Positions 46,654 to 56,339 of a stretch of DNA of 64,000 nucleotides are shown here, in pieces. Origin of the DNA: Myxococcota bacterium (GTDB taxonomy: Bacteria > Myxococcota_A > UBA796 > UBA2385); NCBI GenBank assembly GCA_044344255.1, contig JBIJDH010000004.1:64001-128000 (forward strand), read 5' to 3'. The stretch's first letter is position 1. Every line of letters begins with the position of its first letter. Position numbers and translations under genes: made by a program. Under the pieces are notes generated by a model, which was not told the origin of the DNA, searched no databases, and worked only from the letters and a program-made list of their open reading frames with translations.

Positions 46654-47513
46654 GACCGCTGGAGCTCCGCCAGGATCTCGTCGAGGCCGGCCCGGAGCTC
46701 GGGGCGCTTGCGGGCGTAGTGGAGCGAGGCGCGCAGGAGGCCGAGCACGTTGCCGGTGTCGTGGCGGAGGCCCTCGAGCACCTGCCCGTGCACCTTCCCG
46801 CGGGCGCAGAGCACGGCGATGGCGTCGGTGAGCTGCACCTCGCCGCCCTTGCCCCGCGGCGTGTGGGCCAGGATCTCGAAGATCTCTCCCGGCAGAACAT
46901 ACCGGCCGACGATGGCCTGGTTGCTGGGGGCAGTCTCGGGGGAGGGCTTCTCGACCATCGCCGCGACCTGCATCCGCCCGGGCTGCACCCAGGGGCCCGC
47001 GCAGATGCCGTAGCGGTTCGTGTGCTCCCGCGGCACCTCGAAGAGGCCGACCACCGCACCGCCCACCTCGGCGTGGGCCTGGAGGAGCTGGCCGATGGCG
47101 GGGGTCCGGGAGTCCATGATGTCGTCGCCGAGCAGCACGGCGAAGTCCTGCTCGCCGACGGCGGGGAGGGCGGTGAGCACCGCGTGACCGAGGCCCAAGG
47201 CCTCCTGCTGCCGCACGGCGACCACCTCTGCCATCCGCGTGATGCGGCGGAGCTCCGCCAGGACGTCCGCCTTGCCGGTGTCGAGGAGGTGCTGCTCGAG
47301 GGTCGGCGAGCGGTCGAAGTAGTCGACCAGGGCGTCCTTGCCGCGAGCGGTCACGAAGACGATGCGGCTGAGGCCGGCCTCCACCGCCTCCGCCACGACG
47401 TACTCGATGCAGGGGCGGTCGACGATCGGCAGCATCTCCTTCGGCACCGCCTTGGTGACGGGGAGGAAGCGTGTGCCGAGGCCGGCGACGGGGATGACCG
47501 CGACCTGGATCAT
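46650..47513 (-). CDS. galU: UTP--glucose-1-phosphate uridylyltransferase
   Basis: AVIPVAGLGTRFLPVTKAVPKEMLPIVDRP, LGLGHAV, VEKP, GEVQLTDAI; ATG 47513. Confidence 0.95.
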   Translation of the reverse strand: MIQVAVIPVAGLGTRFLPVTKAVPKEMLPIVDRPCIEYVVAEAVEAGLSRIVFVTARGKDALVDYFDRSPTLEQHLLDTGKADVLAELRRITRMAEVVAVRQQEALGLGHAVLTALPAVGEQDFAVLLGDDIMDSRTPAIGQLLQAHAEVGGAVVGLFEVPREHTNRYGICAGPWVQPGRMQVAAMVEKPSPETAPSNQAIVGRYVLPGEIFEILAHTPRGKGGEVQLTDAIAVLCARGKVHGQVLEGLRHDTGNVLGLLRASLHYARKRPELRAGLDEILAELQRS

Positions 47514-47520
47514 GTGCGGC

Positions 47521-47889
47521 TCAGAAGCTGCGGCTGCGACGTTCGAGCTGCTCGGCTTCCGTCTTGCAGTCGATACAGTGGGTGGCGACCGGGCGAGCGA
47601 GGAGGCGCTTCTCGGAGATCTCTTGGCCGCAGATGCTGCATAGGCCGTACTCACCGTCCTCGATGCGCTGCAGTCCCTCCTTGATCTTGCGGATCAGGAC
47701 CCGCTCCCGGTCTCGGATTCGGAGCTGGAAGTCGCGGTTGGACTCCATGCTCGCGATGTCGAGGGCGTCGGCGAGGGCCTCCTTCTCGGTGTCCGTGAGG
47801 TCGCCCAGCGTGGCGCCCGCTTCGCTCAGCAGCGCGGAGAGGTGCTGGTTGAGCAGCTTGCGGAAGGCTTCGAGCTTTTCGGGTTCCAT
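47521..47889 (-). CDS. dksA: RNA polymerase-binding transcription factor DksA
   Basis: DxxDxA tip motif (DALDIA), RDRER, YGLCSICG...RLLARP...CIDCK zinc finger; GGAG SD. Confidence 0.93.
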   Translation of the reverse strand: MEPEKLEAFRKLLNQHLSALLSEAGATLGDLTDTEKEALADALDIASMESNRDFQLRIRDRERVLIRKIKEGLQRIEDGEYGLCSICGQEISEKRLLARPVATHCIDCKTEAEQLERRSRSF

Positions 47890-47981
47890 CAAGACTCCGG
47901 TGGAGGAGCGCCGCGCTCGCGCCCCGTCGTTCGGGAAGACCGAGCCATCGGCCGAGGGGTTGCCCCCCGTTAAAGCGCGCC

Positions 47982-48010
47982 ATACTAAGGCCGCGCAGAG
48001 GTCCTGGCAA
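47982..48010 (-). promoter_or_regulatory. Sigma-70 promoter for dksA-galU-priA
   Basis: TTGCCA (48010-48005), 17 bp, TAGTAT (47987-47982), followed by GC-rich GGCGCGC. Confidence 0.65.
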
Positions 48011-48080
48011 GGCTGCGGAGCACGACCGAGCGCTCTGCTCCCCTTGGGTGGGGGCGGCTTGTCGCGCAGTGGGGAGCGGT

Positions 48081-48998
48081 ATGAAGCGCAGCGGGAAGGT
48101 GGTGAGGCGAGGCGTCTCGGTCGGAGCGGCCGCCCTGTTCGGTGGGGTGCAGCTCTGGGGGGCGCCGGCCGCGGCCGCGGACCCTACCTTCGCCGCCGAG
48201 CTCGGCGCCGCCGGCACCGGCCGGGCGAGCCCCACCTCCCTCTCGGCGATCGCGACGGCGCCGAGCATGTTGGCGATGCGCACCCGCTACGACCTCGGCG
48301 TGGGCGGCTCGCTCGGCCCCGACAAGCTCCGCAGGCTCACCGCTGCCGCGGTCGATTCGACGAGCGGCCCCGTCGCCTTGGGCGTCATCTTCGCCCGCGA
48401 CTGGAGCACCCCCGGCGCGCTGGTCTCGGAGTACCCCGGCTGGCGCCGCCCCTCGGATGATCTTGACAACGACCTCATCGACACCGGCCTCCACCTCGGC
48501 CTCGGCACCGCCTTGCTCAACGGCCACCTTGGGGTGGGGCTCGGTGGCAGCTACCGGATCCGAAAGACCTCCTTCACCGGCCGCTCCGACAACGTGAACG
48601 TGACGGCCTCGTTGTCGGGCAACATCGCCGATCAGGTCTACCTCTCGGTCACGGGCGAGAACCTCGTGCCGCAGGACTTCGTGAGCGCGCCGCTGCGCAT
48701 CGGCACTGGCCTCCGCTGGCAAGCGATCGAGGCAGTCGGCATCGAGGCTGACGGGGAGGCTGACCTCTCCGGCGCCTCGCCCGCCTACACCGTCGGTTTT
48801 GGTGTCGAGGGCGTGGCCGGCGGTAAGGTGCCGGTCCGGGCCGGCTATCGGAACGACGGCCTACGGGAACAGCAGCAGGTGACCGGCGGGATCGGCGTCG
48901 GAAATGGAGAGTACTTCCTCGAGTACGGCCTCCAGGTCGCCCTGGAGGAGGACGTGCAGCTCTGGCACGCGCTCACCGTACGGGTCACCTTCTCCTGA
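48081..48998 (+). CDS. Putative outer-membrane beta-barrel protein
   Basis: Signal peptide; alternating beta-strand pattern; ends LTVRVTFS. Start uncertain. Confidence 0.6.
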   Translation: MKRSGKVVRRGVSVGAAALFGGVQLWGAPAAAADPTFAAELGAAGTGRASPTSLSAIATAPSMLAMRTRYDLGVGGSLGPDKLRRLTAAAVDSTSGPVALGVIFARDWSTPGALVSEYPGWRRPSDDLDNDLIDTGLHLGLGTALLNGHLGVGLGGSYRIRKTSFTGRSDNVNVTASLSGNIADQVYLSVTGENLVPQDFVSAPLRIGTGLRWQAIEAVGIEADGEADLSGASPAYTVGFGVEGVAGGKVPVRAGYRNDGLREQQQVTGGIGVGNGEYFLEYGLQVALEEDVQLWHALTVRVTFS

Positions 48999-49066
48999 TT
49001 TATCAGGTTCTCCTTAGGTCTCGGGGCGGTGGGGTCATCGAGCTGGCCCGTCTCCTGGCCTTCGTC

Positions 49067-49813
49067 GTGGGACTGGGCGCCGGGGCCGGCTGCACGAGGC
49101 CCCCGAGCGACGCCGAGCGGTACCTCGCGGGCCTGTCGCGGCCGACCGACCCGACCGCCTGCCTCGGCATCTCGGAGCCCCGGCTCTATGGAGAGTGCGT
49201 GACGATGGCCCTCGTCGCCGGACTTCCGGTCGATCGGCCCGCCGCCGATCCCGCGGCGACGGTGGCCCGATGTGAGGCCATCCCCGAGGGCCCCTGGCGA
49301 GACGAGTGCGCCTTCCTCCTGGCGGATGAGCTCGGCCTCCGCGGCGACGCGGCGGTGGCGGCCTGCGAGGCGGCGGGGCGGCTGCGCGCGCAGTGCCTCG
49401 GTCACGCCATCCAGCGCGAGGTCACCGCGGCCTTACGCGACCTGCCCGTCGGTGGGGAGCGAGAGGCCCTCAGTCGTGTCGAGGACATCACCTCGAGCTA
49501 CCTCGGCCGCGGCCCCGACGCCCGCTCCCGCGCCCGCCAGCTCCTCGAGCAGGCCGTGAGCCAGCGCGCCCCGGGGGCCCCCTTCTCGAGCGCCCTCTGC
49601 GGGGCCCTTGAGCCCACCTCATGCTTGGCTGCCTTCCGCCAGCGCACCACGGTGGCCGCGCTCGCGCAGCGACCCCGGGACCCAGAGCCCTGGCGCATCG
49701 CCTGCGCCCGGACCGTGAGCGTGGAGCGCGCCACCTCCCTCGGACTCCCCGGCTGGACCGCCGACTTTGCGCCGCAAGCGGCGGAGGTCTGGGCCAGCCT
49801 CTGTCACCGATAG
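49067..49813 (+). CDS. Hypothetical Cys-rich lipoprotein (true start probably slightly upstream)
   Basis: GAGAG-C lipobox-like; paired-Cys repeats (C..I.E....EC). The hydrophobic stretch LARLLAFVV continues upstream in frame. Confidence 0.55.
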   Translation: MGLGAGAGCTRPPSDAERYLAGLSRPTDPTACLGISEPRLYGECVTMALVAGLPVDRPAADPAATVARCEAIPEGPWRDECAFLLADELGLRGDAAVAACEAAGRLRAQCLGHAIQREVTAALRDLPVGGEREALSRVEDITSSYLGRGPDARSRARQLLEQAVSQRAPGAPFSSALCGALEPTSCLAAFRQRTTVAALAQRPRDPEPWRIACARTVSVERATSLGLPGWTADFAPQAAEVWASLCHR

Positions 49814-49850
49814 CCCGCCCGAGGCGGCGCTTGTGGCCTGGGCCGGCGGC

Positions 49851-51278
49851 TCAGCGGGCGGCGCCCGCGCTCTCGGCGACCTCACCCCGCCCCGAGTCCC
49901 GCAGCAGCCGCTTGCTGAGCTGCATCGCGTTCTCGATCGAGTGGTCCATGTTGTTGTACCAGAACAGTCCCGTGCGTCCGGCGAGGCGGAGGTTGCTGAA
50001 CTGCCCGAGCGCGGTGCGGGCGCGGTCGAGCTCGCCCACGTAGCTCTTCTCGTAGATCGGGTAGCTCTCGGGGAGCCGCTCCACCCGAACGTCGAGCACG
50101 TTCTTACGATCACGGACGAGGCCGACCTTCATCAGATCGTCGATCACCCAGTCGGTCAGCCGCTCCCCGTGCTTCCAGCGCTCGTCACCCTGCATCGCGG
50201 TGACCTCGCAGCAGTAGCCGGTGGTCCCCGCGGGGGCGCAGTCGTGCGAGAAGAAGCGCGGGATGCTCACCCGGTTGATCAGCAGGTCGCGCGCGCCGTA
50301 GTAGCACCACTGGTAGTCGCGGGGGGCGTCCTCCTTGACCATCACGTTGTAGAGCAGCAGCCCGAGGTACTTCAGGTTGGGGACCGGCAGCGCGAGCTGC
50401 TCTGCGGCGAGCGTGATCGGGGCGGTCCACACCACCACCGAGGGCGTGAAGGACTCCTTCCCGGCCCAGACCTTGGTGACCCGACCGTTCGAGCCCTCCA
50501 TCACGGCGCCCTGACCGGTGATGATGCGCCCGCCCGCCTTCTCGATCAGCCCGCCGAGCTGGTCCCAGGCCTGGTAGAGGCCGCCGTGGGGGTAGAGGAA
50601 GTGCTGGGACTTCTTGTTGAACTGCAGCAGCGTCGACTTGAGGAGCTGCGACAGGTTCTGCATCTGCGCCTTGTCGTCGATGATGGCGCGGTTGATGCCC
50701 ACCTTGGCCCAGTCGGAGTGCGTCTCCCGGGGGTGGATCCCGAGGAACTTCATCGAGTAGCCCTCGAAGAAGTTCTGGTACAGCGTGGGGCCGTACTGGC
50801 GCAGGATGTAGTTCTCGAAGTTGTCCCCCTCGTAGGTTCGGTATCCGTTCACCGTGAGGTCAACGAAGGCCTTGGCGGCGAGGCCCGGAGGGAGCTGGAC
50901 GAGGTTCTGCGGCTTGATCGGCCAGTCGTAATACTTGCCCTCGAAGTAGACCTCGCTCTTGCGGGCGTAGAAGGTGCCGCCTCGCTCGAGGATGCGCTCC
51001 AGATAGGCCTTGATGTTCGGGTTGCCGGTGTCGAAGCGGTGGGGGCCGCAGTCGAAGACGAAGCCGTCGTCGTAGACGAAGGACCGGGCGAGGCCGCCGA
51101 TGGTATCGAGCTTCTCGACGACCACCACCTCGACACCCGCCTCGGCCAACAGGTGGGCGGTGACGAGGCCGGCGACACCCGCCCCGACCACCACCACGGG
51201 CCCGCTGAAGACGGACGGCTCGTCCCGCCCATTGGAGGACATCGCGCTGTTCATCTGGGCGTCGATCAGGCTGCTCAC
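49851..51278 (-). CDS. FAD-dependent oxidoreductase, UDP-galactopyranose mutase/protoporphyrinogen oxidase-like family
   Basis: VVGAGVAGL Rossmann motif, GGLARS, DCGPHRF, GRTGLFWYNNMDHS. Start could be 51278, 51254 or 51242. Confidence 0.78.
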   Translation of the reverse strand: MSSLIDAQMNSAMSSNGRDEPSVFSGPVVVVGAGVAGLVTAHLLAEAGVEVVVVEKLDTIGGLARSFVYDDGFVFDCGPHRFDTGNPNIKAYLERILERGGTFYARKSEVYFEGKYYDWPIKPQNLVQLPPGLAAKAFVDLTVNGYRTYEGDNFENYILRQYGPTLYQNFFEGYSMKFLGIHPRETHSDWAKVGINRAIIDDKAQMQNLSQLLKSTLLQFNKKSQHFLYPHGGLYQAWDQLGGLIEKAGGRIITGQGAVMEGSNGRVTKVWAGKESFTPSVVVWTAPITLAAEQLALPVPNLKYLGLLLYNVMVKEDAPRDYQWCYYGARDLLINRVSIPRFFSHDCAPAGTTGYCCEVTAMQGDERWKHGERLTDWVIDDLMKVGLVRDRKNVLDVRVERLPESYPIYEKSYVGELDRARTALGQFSNLRLAGRTGLFWYNNMDHSIENAMQLSKRLLRDSGRGEVAESAGAAR

Positions 51279-51481
51279 GGGACCCTCGGTGCAGAGAGGA
51301 CCTAGCTCCGGGGGCCGGCCCGCATCCAGGGGCGGATGGGGTGGCCAGGAGATCGGGCGGTTCGCGGGGCGCGCCGGGGCGCCCTCTTGCCCCTTACCAT
51401 CCCCTGCGCAGATGGTCACCGGCGGAGTGGGTTCCACGCGCTCGTCAGAGTTAGTCGGGCCCCTCGGAGGAACGACCCGCC

Positions 51482-52846
51482 ATGACGAAGCCCGCGACCC
51501 TCGCCGCTGTGAAGCCCGATGCCATCGAGATGGCGGCCCAGCACCGCGCCCGCTTCATGGAGCGCCTCGGCGCGGACGCCGCCCTGCTCTTCGGCGCGCC
51601 GGCCCACCATCGAAACGGGGACGCCGAATTCCGTTACCGCCAGAGCAGCGATCTGCTCTACCTCACCGCCTGGGAAGACCCCCAGTCCGCGGTGCTGCTC
51701 CGCCCGGGCGCCGACAAGCCCTTCATCCTCTTCGTCGCCCCGCGAGATCCGGACGAGGAGGTCTGGGCGGGCCCCCGTCCGGGCCCCGAGGGCGCGGTCT
51801 CCCGCTTCCAGGCCGACGCCGCCTACCCGATCGGCGAACTCGCCAAGCTGCTGCCCGACCTCATCCAGGGCTACCGCAACCTCCATTACCGCTTCGCCGA
51901 GGACTTCGACCACGATCGGCTCGTCGTCGGCGCCATCGCCAAGGCCCGCCGCCCCGCCCGCCGCGCCGGCCTCGATCTGCCGGACGCCTTCTTCGATCCG
52001 AGCCGCCTCCTCCACGAGCTCCGCCTGATCAAGACCGAGGCTGAGCTCAGCTTGATGCGGCGGGCGGCGGAGATCACGGCCGAGGCCCACGTGGCGGCGA
52101 TGCGCCTCACCCGCCCGGGTGTGATGGAGTACGAGCTTGAGGCCCTGATTGACCACACCTTCCGCCGCCGCGGTGGGGCCGGCCCTGGCTACACCACGAT
52201 CGTCGGCGGTGGGGCGAACGCGACGATCCTGCACTACATCGCGAACCAGGACGAGCTCCGCGACGGCGAGGTGGTCTGTGTGGACGCCGGCTGTGAGTAT
52301 GGCTGGTACACCGCCGACGTCACACGCGCCTGGCCGGTAAACGGCCGCTTCAGCGAGGCCCAGGCCGAGCTCTACCAGCTCGTGCTCGACGTCCAGAAGG
52401 TCGCGATCGCGGGCTGTCGGCCCGGCAACACCTGGAAGGCGGTCCACGATGAGGTGGTGCGCGGCCTCACGGTGGGCATGGTCCGCCTCGGCCTGCTCCC
52501 CGGAGACGCGGATGACGACGAGTACATCGACGGGCTCATCAAGGAGAACAAGTTCAAGCGGTACTATATGCACGGCACAGGCCACTGGCTCGGCCTCGAT
52601 GTCCATGACGCGGGCGTCTACATCATCGACGGAGACGCCCGGCCCTTCGAGCCCGGGATGGTCTCCACCATCGAGCCCGGGATCTACGTGGGAAAGGACG
52701 ACGTGGAGGCCCCCGAGCGCTTTCGGGGCCTCGGCGTCCGCATCGAGGACGACGTGCTGACGACGGCGGAGGGCGTCGAGGTGCTCACCGCGGCGATCCC
52801 GAAGGAGATCGCGGAGATCGAGGCGATCGTCGGCCGCGCCGCCTGA
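51482..52846 (+). CDS. pepP: Xaa-Pro aminopeptidase
   Basis: YRQSSDLLYLT, LHY, DAG...ADVTR, HGTGHWLGLDVHD, TIEPGIY, GVRIEDDV; GGAGG SD. Confidence 0.94.
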   Translation: MTKPATLAAVKPDAIEMAAQHRARFMERLGADAALLFGAPAHHRNGDAEFRYRQSSDLLYLTAWEDPQSAVLLRPGADKPFILFVAPRDPDEEVWAGPRPGPEGAVSRFQADAAYPIGELAKLLPDLIQGYRNLHYRFAEDFDHDRLVVGAIAKARRPARRAGLDLPDAFFDPSRLLHELRLIKTEAELSLMRRAAEITAEAHVAAMRLTRPGVMEYELEALIDHTFRRRGGAGPGYTTIVGGGANATILHYIANQDELRDGEVVCVDAGCEYGWYTADVTRAWPVNGRFSEAQAELYQLVLDVQKVAIAGCRPGNTWKAVHDEVVRGLTVGMVRLGLLPGDADDDEYIDGLIKENKFKRYYMHGTGHWLGLDVHDAGVYIIDGDARPFEPGMVSTIEPGIYVGKDDVEAPERFRGLGVRIEDDVLTTAEGVEVLTAAIPKEIAEIEAIVGRAA

Positions 52847-52858
52847 GTCATCGGTGGT

Positions 52859-54157
52859 TCAGCGCGGGCGGAGCGGCGCCGAGGCGGCTCGCGGGCAGCG
52901 CGCGCGCAGGCGGATCCAGCCGGCCCCGGCCTCCTCTTCGCGAGGGGGCTCCAGCACTTGATCGCCGCAGGCGGCGCGCAGGCGGGCGGCCCAGCGAGCG
53001 GAGAAGCCGCGTCCTCCCGACACCTCGCCGCCGTCCTTGATGGTGAGCCACAGCGGCTCTCCGCGCTCCACCCGCGCCCAGGGGTCGTCGCGGAGGACGG
53101 GCTCCGGCCGCTGTTGGAGCGGCGCGGCGAGGCGCGGCGGCGCGGCGGCGCTCCAGCGGCCCCCGGGGATCGGGGCGAGGAGGGCGAGCGCGAGCGCTCC
53201 AGCGCCCGCCCACTTTGGCGCGCGGGCGGCCCCGGCGGCCCCGAGCACCCAGAGCGCGCTCCCCGCGTAGGCGGTGTGCAGGCGCATGATCGGCGCGACC
53301 TCGGCCAGCGCCCCGATCATCCCGGCGACGAGCAGGGCGAGGTGGGCGAGGACGACGAGGTCGAGGCGCGCCCGTCCCTCCGCGGAGGGGAGGCGCCGCG
53401 CCGCCCAGCAGCCGGCGAGCGAGGCGAGCAGGCTCACGGCGCCGATCGGCGCCATGTCGCGAGGATCGAGGTGGTGGCCGAGCCGGAGGCGGAGGAGCGG
53501 GGCGGGGGCCGCGGCGTCGGCGCCGAGCAGGGCCCAAGGTGCGATCGGGAGGGCGCCGAGGGCGAGGGCGGGCAGCCCGCGGGGGGAGGCCAGGGCGACG
53601 GAGAGGCAGAGGCCGAGGGCGCTCGCAGGATGGACCGCGAGGCAGAGGCCGGCGAGGAGCCCGGCCCAGTGGGCGTCTCCGGCGAGCAGCCGCGAGAGCC
53701 CGGCGATCAGCAGGGGGAGGGCGAGGGTGCGAGAGAGCAGCGCAGGGTGCAGGAGGCGGCTCTCCCCGAGCAGGGCCACCGGCAGCGCGCAGAGGAGCAG
53801 GAGCGTGAGCAGCCGCCCCGGCCCCCGCGGGGCATCGGCGGGGGAGAGGGACCGGTGGAGGTCGCCGAGGGCCCAGCCGGTGGCGAGCAAGACCGCGACG
53901 TAGCCCGCGCCCTCGACCACCGGCAGCGCCCCCGTACCGCAGGCGCGCGCGGCGAGGGCGAGGAGGTCGGGCAGCAAGCCGGGGTGGGCGGCGGCGTGGT
54001 CGATGACGAGGTCGTCGGGCCAACCATCGGGCCAGAGGCGGGCCGCGACCAGCGCTCGCTGGATCGCCAGGTCCGAGTGGTCGCCAGCGAAGCCGCCCAG
54101 GAGCAGCGCCAGGGCGGCGAAGAAGGGGACCTCGAAGCGGAGCCGCGGGCGGGCCAT
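52859..54157 (-). CDS. Hypothetical polytopic membrane protein (possibly glycan-modifying)
   Basis: Multiple TM segments with HP, RLGHHLDP and KDGG motifs; GAGA before ATG. Confidence 0.5.
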   Translation of the reverse strand: MARPRLRFEVPFFAALALLLGGFAGDHSDLAIQRALVAARLWPDGWPDDLVIDHAAAHPGLLPDLLALAARACGTGALPVVEGAGYVAVLLATGWALGDLHRSLSPADAPRGPGRLLTLLLLCALPVALLGESRLLHPALLSRTLALPLLIAGLSRLLAGDAHWAGLLAGLCLAVHPASALGLCLSVALASPRGLPALALGALPIAPWALLGADAAAPAPLLRLRLGHHLDPRDMAPIGAVSLLASLAGCWAARRLPSAEGRARLDLVVLAHLALLVAGMIGALAEVAPIMRLHTAYAGSALWVLGAAGAARAPKWAGAGALALALLAPIPGGRWSAAAPPRLAAPLQQRPEPVLRDDPWARVERGEPLWLTIKDGGEVSGGRGFSARWAARLRAACGDQVLEPPREEEAGAGWIRLRARCPRAASAPLRPR

Positions 54158-54245
54158 CTCGTCGGGGTAGCCGTCACGGGATGGCCGCGCAAATCGCGCG
54201 CGGGTGCGGGTGCAGGGGCGGGTGGGGGGGGGGGTGTAGCTGTGG

Positions 54246-54848
<603 letters not shown>

Positions 54849-55022
54849 GGGGGTCTCCGTGCGCGGCGTTCAGGTGCCGCGCGCCACTCGGGGACGAGGC
54901 CCCGGGGGCCCCCATTCACCGCGACCCGCGCCTGGGCGGTGCGGTGCGGCGCCTTCTGGGCCCTTTCGGCGTGCCTCGGCGTGGCGCTCGCATTAACGAA
55001 GCGCTCATCGAAAGGAGCCCTG

Positions 55023-55871
55023 ATGGCGGGTCCGGCCAAGGCATACAAGAACCTCCCCTTCCTTAACAGTCACGGTGCGCGGCACCTGCGCATCCTGGCC
55101 GAGTACGAGGAGCCTCGGCAGCGCCTGAAGGCCTTCGACGTGCGGGACACCATCGTGTTCTTCGGCTCGGCGCGGGCCCGGCCGATGGTGGTGGCGCAGC
55201 TCGAGCTGCAGAACGCGGAGCGCGCATTTCAGGGCGCCGAGGGCGAAGACGCCGTCCGGCGCTACGGTCACCAGGTCAAGGTCGCCAAGCGGAGGGTCCG
55301 CCTCTCGAGATATTACGCCCTGGGGCAGGAGCTGGCTCGGCGGCTCGCCGAGTGGGACCAGCAGCGGCAGGGCCCGCGGCGGTATCTGGTGGCCACCGGC
55401 GGCGGTCCCGGCATGATGGAGGCCGCGAACCGCGGGGCCTCGGAGGTGCCGGGGGCTCGCAACGTCGGCCTCGGCATCTCGCTGCCCTTCGAGGAGCAGC
55501 TCAACCCCTACGTCAGCCCGGAGCTCGGCTTCGAGTTCCATTACTTCTTCATGCGGAAGTACTGGTTCCTCTACCCCTGCAAGGCGATGGTCATCCTGCC
55601 CGGTGGCTTCGGCTCGATGGATGAGCTCTTCGAGACCCTCACCCTCCGCCAGACGGGCAAGATCAAGCACTCGCTGCCCACCGTGCTCTTCGGCGGAGAG
55701 TTCTGGAAGGACATCATCAACTTCCAGGCCATGGTGGACTGGGGCGTGATCAGCGAGGCCGACCTCCTCCTCTTCCAGATTGTGGACACCGTGGACGAGG
55801 CGTTCAACTTCCTGACGGCGGCCTTGACGGTCGCTGAGCAGGACGATCCGAGCACCCGGAACGAGGAGTAG
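55023..55871 (+). CDS. LOG family nucleotide phosphoribohydrolase
   Basis: FFGSAR, TGGGPGMMEAANRGA, ISLPFEE..NPY, FHYFFMRK, PGGFGSMDE; AAGGAG SD before ATG 55023. Confidence 0.9.
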   Translation: MAGPAKAYKNLPFLNSHGARHLRILAEYEEPRQRLKAFDVRDTIVFFGSARARPMVVAQLELQNAERAFQGAEGEDAVRRYGHQVKVAKRRVRLSRYYALGQELARRLAEWDQQRQGPRRYLVATGGGPGMMEAANRGASEVPGARNVGLGISLPFEEQLNPYVSPELGFEFHYFFMRKYWFLYPCKAMVILPGGFGSMDELFETLTLRQTGKIKHSLPTVLFGGEFWKDIINFQAMVDWGVISEADLLLFQIVDTVDEAFNFLTAALTVAEQDDPSTRNEE

Positions 55872-55874
55872 ATC

Positions 55875-56339
55875 ATGACGCCCTTCGGAATTCGCAAGCG
55901 CATCCAGAAGTCCCTGGGCATCGGGCCGGTCGAGCGGAACATCGTCCAGTTCCCCGTCACCTTCCTCCTGCCGGATGGTTCGTCCCGCACCGTTCAGGCC
56001 GAGGAGCGCTACACCCTCCTGATGGCCAGCCAGGCCCTGCCCTCGCCGATCAGCACCGGTCGCCGGGCGGGCGGCACCTGCCCGGACGGCGGCTGCGGGC
56101 TCTGCCGGGTCGATGTCCCCGACGGCACCGGGCTCACGCCGATGAACGAATTCGAGGCGCGCATCCTGCAGGCCCACGCCAACGGGGACCCCCACGAGGG
56201 CCGTGATCGCGAGCCCGGGCCGCCGGTGGGGCCGCTGGAGCGCCTCGGCTGCCACGCCCGAATTGTGGGCCCCGGGGCCCGCGTGAAGGTCGGCGCGCTG
56301 GTCGACTTCGAGTCCTTGAAGGGAGACAAGGAGGTGTGA
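55875..56339 (+). CDS. 2Fe-2S ferredoxin-like protein
   Basis: C-x4-C-x2-C (CPDGGCGLC) plus RLGC; GAGGAG SD. Confidence 0.82.
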   Translation: MTPFGIRKRIQKSLGIGPVERNIVQFPVTFLLPDGSSRTVQAEERYTLLMASQALPSPISTGRRAGGTCPDGGCGLCRVDVPDGTGLTPMNEFEARILQAHANGDPHEGRDREPGPPVGPLERLGCHARIVGPGARVKVGALVDFESLKGDKEV

